From positions 1 to 61,564 of IMG/VR virus record IMGVR_UViG_3300042507_004218: 61,564 nucleotides of DNA; one strand, written 5' to 3'. The position numbers and the translations under genes were made by a program. Each line of letters opens with the position of its first letter. Position 1 is the first letter of the stretch. This DNA comes from a virus (lineage: Duplodnaviria > Caudoviricetes). Below, piece after piece: positions 55,495 to 61,564 of the stretch. The notes under the pieces are model-generated. The model did not search any database. It saw only the letters and a list, made by a program, of their open reading frames with translations, and was not told the DNA's origin.

Positions 55495-55920
55495 TCAGGA
55501 AACAGTCACTTGTCCCACCTCGCCCTTACCGACCAAGGTGTTAGGCGTGAGTACTGCGTCAAAATCTCTTGCGCCTCCAATCGGGTTCCAACCCCACTGG
55601 ATGACCAGCATGCCCTCGCCCGGGAAGCCCCCCTGATCCAGCCCCGTGCCAGAGGTGGGGGCTGTTTGCAAACCAGTGGTACCTGATTGATACCACGTAT
55701 TGGTGTCAGGACGGGGGTCTCTGATTGCTTGTGGATCTGAGATCGGATACATGCCAAGCTGCAACTGCGGGTGATCGGGCGTCCAACACTGCGGACACGC
55801 TTTGATCTGCGTTTGCTTTGTCTTGACGACGAGGTTCTTGAGCTTCTTCAGGTCAAAGCGAAACCCACAAACGTCGCAGAAGCCGAACGCTTTGGCGCCA
55901 TTAGCAAAGCGGTTTGCCAT
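55495..55920 (-). CDS. Hypothetical protein with a CxxC...CxxC motif
   Basis: CDVCGF...CPQCW.PDHPQL...DPRPD. Confidence 0.7.
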   Translation of the reverse strand: MANRFANGAKAFGFCDVCGFRFDLKKLKNLVVKTKQTQIKACPQCWTPDHPQLQLGMYPISDPQAIRDPRPDTNTWYQSGTTGLQTAPTSGTGLDQGGFPGEGMLVIQWGWNPIGGARDFDAVLTPNTLVGKGEVGQVTVS

Positions 55921-55922
55921 GT

Positions 55923-56579
55923 TTACAGCCTGTTACCTTTCCGGACGTTTTCTACGCCACGCAAAAGCTGCAGATTGTTCGGTACGTGAAGGCCAGATAC
56001 AGTTTTGCCGCGAAGCGGAAGCACATGATCAACATGCCATGCTTCTTTGTTAACACGCGTTAGCATCGCAGCAATAGCGTAGTAGGCTTCAATTTTTAAC
56101 TTGTCAAATTCTGTGAGCCACTTTGGCGTACGCTGCAATCGGGCAGCTTTGCGTTTACCGGTGTGCGCGTTTACGATGCCCTTGTTCGCCATCCGCCACT
56201 CTTTTTGACGCGCAAGCTCAGTTTCTTTGTGTGCGTAATAGTGCTTACGCGATTTTGCTCTGTCCTTTTCGGGGTTTGCTAGTCTACGTTCTTTTGCTTG
56301 TGATTTAACTTTATCAATGTTTTTTTCGCGCCATGCGTTGTTACGAGCTAAACGTGCGGTTTTATTTTGCTGGCGGTAAATCTTACCTTGAACTTTCATG
56401 TACTCCAAAACAGAATCCCTGTTTTCTTGGTACAGTTCTTTTTTCCTATCGGATACACATTGAACACACGCGCCCGCCACCCACCGTTCGGCCACATGGC
56501 CTTTGCGGCAGGGCTTGCCAGTAAAGTATTTGCCTAGCCCATTAGCTAAAGCGTATTGACGGGTAACTATTTCTTGCAT
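55923..56579 (-). CDS. HNH endonuclease (mobile, low GC)
   Basis: YFTGKPCRKGH...CVQC; WHVDHVLPL...GLHVPNNLQ...NVRKGN. Confidence 0.88.
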   Translation of the reverse strand: MQEIVTRQYALANGLGKYFTGKPCRKGHVAERWVAGACVQCVSDRKKELYQENRDSVLEYMKVQGKIYRQQNKTARLARNNAWREKNIDKVKSQAKERRLANPEKDRAKSRKHYYAHKETELARQKEWRMANKGIVNAHTGKRKAARLQRTPKWLTEFDKLKIEAYYAIAAMLTRVNKEAWHVDHVLPLRGKTVSGLHVPNNLQLLRGVENVRKGNRL

Positions 56580-56581
56580 GT

Positions 56582-57325
56582 TTAACCACCAAGAAACATT
56601 TGTCGCGGGACCAGACGAATAGCAGCTTTCTCACGATCTTCTTCCGAAGCGCGTTGCCAGTCTTCGTCGTACTGCGCCTTCAGCACCTGCATGCGCTCCA
56701 TAGCACCGGGGATCTTCATCGACAGGTAGTACGCAAGGCCAGAAACCAAGCACGGAAGGAAGCGGAAGGGGATGTCCTGCGTGGCAGTACCGCCGTCACC
56801 GGCATCTTGGATACGGCGCAGATACCAATACACGAACTGATACACGCCCGTCTGATCAGGCGTGGGCCATACCGTGATGCTTGGCGCTGCCGTGGCGCTG
56901 GGGGAGTAGCTGCTCCCTGCCGGGTACGTAGCATTCGAGTTCCGGTTCACCAACACCTGGATAGGTCTCGCCTGCTGGAGCTTGTTGGGGATGGACGAGT
57001 ACGTGCTGATGCTGATCCGCGTGATGGTGAGGTCCACTTGCGTGGAGACATTTCCTGCTCCCGTGCGGATGACATGCTCCAGGAGATCTACGGTGTCTGA
57101 CGGAAGCGGATAGGTGTTTGTGCCCTGAACTAGATTGATCGTGCCCTGGTTGAAGGTCCACATGTTGACCCCCCGGTTGGCCCAGTCGGCAAACAACAGG
57201 TTCAGGGACCGCCGCGCAGTGCGCAAATCATAGCCCGTGCGAAGCTCCGCTCCGCAGCGCTCAAACGCCTCCTCGACCGCATCGTTGAGGTCGAGGTTGA
57301 AGGTGGTGGTCCCTGAAGTGGTCAT
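56582..57325 (-). CDS. Head-tail connector (tubular-A-like) protein
   Basis: TSGT..F...EEAFERCG...ARRSLNL...WANRG...VWPTPD...PFRFLPCL. Confidence 0.65.
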   Translation of the reverse strand: MTTSGTTTFNLDLNDAVEEAFERCGAELRTGYDLRTARRSLNLLFADWANRGVNMWTFNQGTINLVQGTNTYPLPSDTVDLLEHVIRTGAGNVSTQVDLTITRISISTYSSIPNKLQQARPIQVLVNRNSNATYPAGSSYSPSATAAPSITVWPTPDQTGVYQFVYWYLRRIQDAGDGGTATQDIPFRFLPCLVSGLAYYLSMKIPGAMERMQVLKAQYDEDWQRASEEDREKAAIRLVPRQMFLGG

Positions 57326-57328
57326 GCG

Positions 57329-58081
57329 TTATCCTAAAAACGCCTGCATTTGTGGGCTATTAACACCTAGCGTTTGTAATTGTTGGCTTTGGTTTAACAA
57401 CCGTTGCTGCTGCTCTGGACTTTTTCTAAACCAATTTTCACGAGCACTTCTGGCGTTTTCTACGCCCATTCTAGAGTCATCTAAAGGATTTGTGGCAGCG
57501 TCCATAGCATTACGCATTCCAGCTTCCCGTTGACCGCGGTTAACGCCTAGGCCAAAGCGCTCCATAAGTTCGCTACGATACGCCTCATCAGGTTTAATGT
57601 CCATGGTTAGCGACCCGGGTTCCCTTAAAGGAGTCGCCCTCAAAGGACTGCTGCCGAACATATACGCTTCAGTAGGCATGTTCCTAAAGTCTTGTTTCAA
57701 CGCGTTAAAGTTGGTATTACCTGGATTGATCGGTTGCATGTTCTGTTGCTGACCAAACTGCCCTAAACCGCCAATACCGCTGAAGAAGGGATTAAAGTTG
57801 CCGAAGCCCCCGCCGAAGCCAAAGGGGCTGTAGCCAAACTGCCCCAGGCCCCCCATCATGGGGTTGAAGCCGCCATAACCACCACCGAAGCCGAAGGGGC
57901 TGTAGCCGCCACCGAAGCCAAAGGGGCCGTAACCGCCGCCGAAGCCGCCACCGAAACCGCCGAAGCCGCCCCCGCCAAAACCAAACGGGCTCCCAAAAGT
58001 GCTATAGCCAAATTGCCCCAGTCCACCAGAAAATGGGCTGTAGCCTTGATCAAATTGTTGGCGTGCGGGTTGGTAGAACAT
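57329..58081 (-). CDS. FG/YG-repeat low-complexity protein
   Basis: N-terminal ~110 aa of YSPFGFGGG / GGLGQFG repeats. Confidence 0.6.
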   Translation of the reverse strand: MFYQPARQQFDQGYSPFSGGLGQFGYSTFGSPFGFGGGGFGGFGGGFGGGYGPFGFGGGYSPFGFGGGYGGFNPMMGGLGQFGYSPFGFGGGFGNFNPFFSGIGGLGQFGQQQNMQPINPGNTNFNALKQDFRNMPTEAYMFGSSPLRATPLREPGSLTMDIKPDEAYRSELMERFGLGVNRGQREAGMRNAMDAATNPLDDSRMGVENARSARENWFRKSPEQQQRLLNQSQQLQTLGVNSPQMQAFLG

Positions 58082-58314
58082 TACCTGTACCTCGCGGTCT
58101 TCTGGGCAATGCCCTTGGGTTGCTTGACGAACTGCTTGCCTGCAGCCTTACCTTGACGTTTGGCTTTGGTCGTTGCCGCGTACTCAGCAGGGGACAAAGC
58201 TGCAATTGCGGCTTTGGGCAGATACCGCTCCCCCGTCTTGGAAGACGGTTTCCCAGACTTGGTCTGCCATTCCTGGTTTGTCCAATCGCGGAGCGATTTT
58301 TGCGGGGACTTCAT
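58081..58314 (-). CDS. Small basic protein (DUF5872-like, C-terminal half)
   Basis: QKSLRDWTNQEWQTKSG...GERYLPKAA...KQFVKQP. Confidence 0.7.
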   Translation of the reverse strand: MKSPQKSLRDWTNQEWQTKSGKPSSKTGERYLPKAAIAALSPAEYAATTKAKRQGKAAGKQFVKQPKGIAQKTARYR

Positions 58315-58315
58315 G

Positions 58316-58561
58316 TCAGTCCTTGTACGAACCGCCCTTGGCCTTGTACTGCTTCGCCAGAAGCTGGGCCTTGCGGGCGCTCCATTGCCCTGCAGCGGTG
58401 CCTTGTGTCGCCTGCCCCTTGATCTTCTCAAAGAGGCTCTTGCGCATCCCAGGCTTGGTGTAGTTGCCTGCTTCGTTCACGCGAGACTCGCCACCCTTGG
58501 CGTAGCCCTTGGGACGTTTTAGTTCCGGGCGGATAGCGCCCATCCCGCGTGAAACCTTCAT
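58316..58561 (-). CDS. Small basic protein (DUF5872-like, N-terminal half)
   Basis: YAKGG; NYTKPGMRK...GQWSARKAQLLAKQYKAKGGSY. Confidence 0.7.
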   Translation of the reverse strand: MKVSRGMGAIRPELKRPKGYAKGGESRVNEAGNYTKPGMRKSLFEKIKGQATQGTAAGQWSARKAQLLAKQYKAKGGSYKD

Positions 58562-59172
58562 CAGTACACCTTGCACTTCCTCAGGCCGCGTTGCTCGCAG
58601 CCAGAACCCTTGACGCTGCCGCCGCTCTTGACGCTGCCGCCCTTCTTGAAGGCCGGGATGATGTCGTCGTCACGCACCAGAGGGCTTCGCGGAGCAGGGG
58701 CCGGTTGCCCCGCCCGCATGCGGCCTGCAAGGGCACGCAGACCGACGTTGGTCCCCAAGCCTCCCATCAGGCTCAGCGCCGCGATTGCGCGGTCTCTGGC
58801 TTCGTCCCGCTCCTGCTCAGGCCGCTTGGTCGGCTGACGCTTCGCAATGCGTGTCAGCGCGTCTTCCTTGGCCTCTGGAGCCGTGGTACCCAGCAACGAG
58901 CGCAGCGTGGGCGCCGCCGAAGGCGCGGGCGCGGGCGTGGGCGTGGGCGTGGGCGCTACGTCCCGTCTACGAGACGTATCACTGTACGCTTTTTGCGTAC
59001 GTTCTTCTTGCGTCTCAGTGCTGTAGGTCTCGCCACGCCATGGAAAGTCCCGGCGACCTTCCCTCTTGGCCTTGTTGAACGCTGCACCGAACGATAGGTC
59101 GTCGAACTCCCTCTCCATGCCAATTCTGTTGGCATACTTGGCGCGTTCCCGGAGCAGTGCCGCGTCAGCCAT
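58561..59172 (-). CDS. Basic hypothetical protein
   Basis: SFGAAFNKAKREG..FPWRGETYST; PT/PA linker; FKKGGSVKSGG...GCEQRG. Confidence 0.65.
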   Translation of the reverse strand: MADAALLRERAKYANRIGMEREFDDLSFGAAFNKAKREGRRDFPWRGETYSTETQEERTQKAYSDTSRRRDVAPTPTPTPAPAPSAAPTLRSLLGTTAPEAKEDALTRIAKRQPTKRPEQERDEARDRAIAALSLMGGLGTNVGLRALAGRMRAGQPAPAPRSPLVRDDDIIPAFKKGGSVKSGGSVKGSGCEQRGLRKCKVY

Positions 59173-59173
59173 T

Positions 59174-59410
59174 TCACACCCTCCTTCCCTTGGTGTGCCC
59201 CTGGGTCACGCAGCCATCGGCGCGGGTGACGCCGCCACTGCGGTACGCCTTGGCCATGCCGCCCTTGGCCTTCTTCATCGGAGGCTTCGGCGGGTAGTCC
59301 TTCTTGGTCTGCTCAGCAGCTTTCCGCTCAGCAGCCTTGCGTTGCGCAGGAGGCAGGGCAGAGCCCATGTCGATGTCCACCGGAGGCGGACCCATTTCCT
59401 TGGTGTACAT
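59174..59410 (-). CDS. Small basic protein
   Basis: AAGGAG RBS; KAKGG...YRSGGVTRADGC..GHTKGR. Confidence 0.65.
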   Translation of the reverse strand: MYTKEMGPPPVDIDMGSALPPAQRKAAERKAAEQTKKDYPPKPPMKKAKGGMAKAYRSGGVTRADGCVTQGHTKGRRV

Positions 59411-59420
59411 ACTGTTCTCC

Positions 59421-59774
59421 TTACTTGCAGCTTCCGCCACCCATCATCTTGACCATCTTGCCCTTGCTCGCGACCTTGCCCTTGCGCTCAACACCGCCAC
59501 CCTTGGCAAACGGCTTGCCCTTGGCTTCTTCCTTCTCGTGCTTGATCATGGCCTTGGGAGCGCCCTTCTTCTTCATGAAGGCCAGTTCCTTCTTCATCAT
59601 GGCAGGGGACTCGGACTTTTGCTTCATTTCAGACTCCTTGAGGGCACCGCCCTCGGCCTTGTGTTGCTCAAACTTTTGGCCAACGGCCTGGGAAATACCC
59701 ACCTTCTTGGCGAAGCTGGGGCTGTGGGCGACAGCACGCATGAGGCGTGCCTGGGATTCACTCTTGTACGGCAT
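59421..59774 (-). CDS. Small Lys/Met-rich protein
   Basis: QARLMRAVAHSP.FAKKVGI; AEGG, FAKGG, MMGGG. Confidence 0.7.
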   Translation of the reverse strand: MPYKSESQARLMRAVAHSPSFAKKVGISQAVGQKFEQHKAEGGALKESEMKQKSESPAMMKKELAFMKKKGAPKAMIKHEKEEAKGKPFAKGGGVERKGKVASKGKMVKMMGGGSCK

Positions 59775-59964
59775 CGGTTTTCGCAGGTTTGCTGCGTCCG
59801 GTCAAACCGCGCACGGTGTCTGTCTCCCAGATACGAATTCCGGTCCAGATGATGGTGAACAATGCCGCAAGAGCTGGGAGAGCTTGGACAAGAGCGCCGA
59901 TAACGGTAACTATTGATAGCGCGTCAACCAAGGTTTTGGTTTGCTCAGTCAATTCCGGCTTCAT
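59758..59964 (-). CDS. Small membrane protein (holin-like)
   Basis: Hydrophobic LPALAALFTIIWTGIRIWET. Confidence 0.6.
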   Translation of the reverse strand: MKPELTEQTKTLVDALSIVTVIGALVQALPALAALFTIIWTGIRIWETDTVRGLTGRSKPAKTDAVQE

Positions 59965-59965
59965 G

Positions 59966-60220
59966 TCAGCAATTCCACGCCCTTAGGGATTTGTTGATAC
60001 GGGAGTTGGGATCCTTGGCCGTCTTTTCAGACGTCAATTTCTTCTTCATCCCCTGCATCCGGGCACAAAAGGAATCTCTGCGCGGACCGCCTTCTGGTTG
60101 CGGTGCTTTTAGTCCTGGTTTCCCGGGATTAGCTGCGTTATAAGACGCACGCCCCTTGGCATTGAGGCCCCCTTTGGGGTTCTTGCCTTCGGCTCGCTGC
60201 CAAGCGGGGGTCTTAGCCAT
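59966..60220 (-). CDS. Small basic protein (DUF6321-like)
   Basis: GGLNAKGRASY...RRDSFCARM...DPNSRINKSLRAWNC. Confidence 0.75.
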   Translation of the reverse strand: MAKTPAWQRAEGKNPKGGLNAKGRASYNAANPGKPGLKAPQPEGGPRRDSFCARMQGMKKKLTSEKTAKDPNSRINKSLRAWNC

Positions 60221-60491
60221 AGAACACCGTTGCGGTGGTGTCCGTCCCGGAGACGGTCACATGGAGGTCGGTGTAGCACAAGACCCCTTCACCAGGGATC
60301 AGGATCGAGAAGGGCGTGCCGTTCGCCACCGTGGCCGTTGAGTACAGCGTAGTACCCGTGGCCCCGCCGTCTCGCACAACCACCGTGCCCGCTGTAGACC
60401 CCGGCGTGACAACCAGACCCTTGAAGCGAGTCCGGGCCGCAAAGACCGTTGCTGTGCTACTGACGTAGCCAGCTTTTACGTCAGTTTGCAT
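60213..60491 (-). CDS. Small structural protein
   Basis: QTDVKA...IPGEGVL...TVFYG; AGGAGG RBS. Confidence 0.7.
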   Translation of the reverse strand: MQTDVKAGYVSSTATVFAARTRFKGLVVTPGSTAGTVVVRDGGATGTTLYSTATVANGTPFSILIPGEGVLCYTDLHVTVSGTDTTATVFYG

Positions 60492-60503
60492 GACAGCCTC
60501 CTA

Positions 60504-60863
60504 TCAGGCCGCGAGCAGACCGAGATCTTTCAGCGCCTTGACGATGTCGCCAACGGTGTAAGCAGCCGTGCCGGTGTTGCCAGTGTAGGTGCTGTCTGCG
60601 CGTGCAGCCGTGCCCGCGCCTGCGGTAAAACCCGTCGTCGTGCCGGTCGTCGCCGGCTGAACCACCGCCGTAGCGCCGTAGAAACCGACCGTGTCAGTGG
60701 CGGCATTGCCGATGGACGCACTGGCGGTTACATCCAGCGAATCCACAGTGGTGGCGGGGCCAAGCGTGGAGGTGACCGTAACAGCGCCAGTGGTGCTGTT
60801 CTTCGTGATGGTTTGGAAACCGTTCTCCGAACGAACCGGCCCGTTGAAAGTCGTGGAAGCCAT
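60504..60863 (-). CDS. Head fibre/decoration-like protein
   Basis: TTFNGPVRSENGF...VGFYGAT.VVQP...LKDLGLLA; first gene after the capsid gene. Confidence 0.65.
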   Translation of the reverse strand: MASTTFNGPVRSENGFQTITKNSTTGAVTVTSTLGPATTVDSLDVTASASIGNAATDTVGFYGATAVVQPATTGTTTGFTAGAGTAARADSTYTGNTGTAAYTVGDIVKALKDLGLLAA

Positions 60864-60960
60864 GAAGGTTTTCCTCAGTTTGCGCCCGCCGTCGTTGAGG
60901 TGACGTCTGCCGAGTCAGTCGGCGGGCTGGGGTAGGTCTCGGTGCCCTGTGCGGGCGTAG
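60864..60960 (-). ncRNA. Candidate structured 5' leader with an RBS pseudoknot
   Basis: GCCCGCCG/CGGCGGGC stem enclosing two small hairpins; loop CCTCA is complementary to the TGAGG RBS. Confidence 0.45.
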
Positions 60961-60982
60961 CCCGAGCCTAGCACACTCTTTG

Positions 60983-61013
60983 GAAAAAGAAAAGGCCCGC
61001 CGAAGCGGGCCTT
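60983..61013 (-). terminator. Rho-independent terminator after the capsid gene
   Basis: AAGGCCCGC-TTCG-GCGGGCCTT followed by TTCTTTTT. Confidence 0.9.
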
Positions 61014-61033
61014 GCGCACGAAGCGGCTTGGGG

Positions 61034-61564
61034 TCAGGCTCCAGGCGACGCGAACATGCCGAGCGGATCAGACACGCCGAAGCTGTAACGCTCGCGGGCC
61101 TTGTACCGGCTGTTGCCCGTGTCGAAGTCAGCATCCATGGACGTTGCCAGGGGCACGCGCACGAAGTGCTTCAGACCGTTGGGCACATCGGTGGTCAGGA
61201 ACCACGCGTTGGTGTCGGTCAACCAGTGGTTGATCGTGTAGCCCTCGGGGACCGAGCCGTTGTTCTTCAGGGCGTTGATGTCGTTGTCGGCGGTGCCAAC
61301 ACGGAGGTTGGTCTCCAACAGACGCGTTGCAACGAACTGAAGCGCCGGAGGCACGATCAGCTTGCGGGGCTTGGCGGCGATCAGGAGGCCGCGCTCATCG
61401 GTCCAGCCAGCGATCTGGATGACCGCAGCTTCAAGCGAGGTCTCGTTCAGGTCAGCACCGACCGAGGGACGGTTGCTGTTGGTGCCGCCGCTGGTCAGCG
61501 GGTGATCCGTCGCAAACAGACTCTTGCCGTCGCCGTAGGTCACGGAGGCGTTGAAGCCGTTGTT
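61034..61564 (-). CDS. Major capsid protein, C-terminal fragment (enters from the window end)
   Basis: NNGF...GDGKSLFATDHPL...PRKLIVPPAL...NHWLTDTNAWF...YKARERYSFG.SDP; Mu gpT-like capsid pattern. Confidence 0.88.
   Translation of the reverse strand, partial: NNGFNASVTYGDGKSLFATDHPLTSGGTNSNRPSVGADLNETSLEAAVIQIAGWTDERGLLIAAKPRKLIVPPALQFVATRLLETNLRVGTADNDINALKNNGSVPEGYTINHWLTDTNAWFLTTDVPNGLKHFVRVPLATSMDADFDTGNSRYKARERYSFGVSDPLGMFASPGA

Noticed and set aside
1-61564. tRNA, rRNA, integrase or IS elements
   Set aside because: No cloverleaf, rRNA-like, recombinase or transposase signature was recognised by eye.

Overview
The window is a near-complete, circularly permuted genome (about 61.6 kb, GC-rich) of an uncultured podovirus-like tailed dsDNA phage. 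The host is probably a GC-rich proteobacterium, which is inference only. The major capsid gene is broken across the two window ends, with its middle part missing. The minus-strand late arm (7.8 kb to 1, continuing 61.5 kb to 30.6 kb) encodes TerS-like and TerL terminase, portal, a GroES-like co-chaperonin, scaffold, capsid, many small basic proteins, connectors, a tail fibre, two low-GC HNH insertions, a GH108 endolysin, a holin, ejection proteins and a 2701-aa polyvalent protein. The plus-strand early/middle arm (8.2-30.7 kb) carries many small hypotheticals, GP88-like, DUF932, VRR-NUC, family A DNA polymerase (Leu762), PD-(D/E)XK exonuclease, SNF2 helicase, an SSB-like protein, an HTH protein and a DUF927 primase-helicase. 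I found no integrase, RNA polymerase, tRNA or CRISPR array. The most unusual features are: (1) three families of repeated palindromes in the early region; (2) a 15.4-18.9 kb array of chimeric genes built from variable inserts joined by short conserved coding repeats; (3) three structured non-coding RNA candidates that each display an anti-Shine-Dalgarno sequence; (4) a shared 'xAxGG' motif across many late proteins. All product calls come from motif recognition by eye; no database searches were run.
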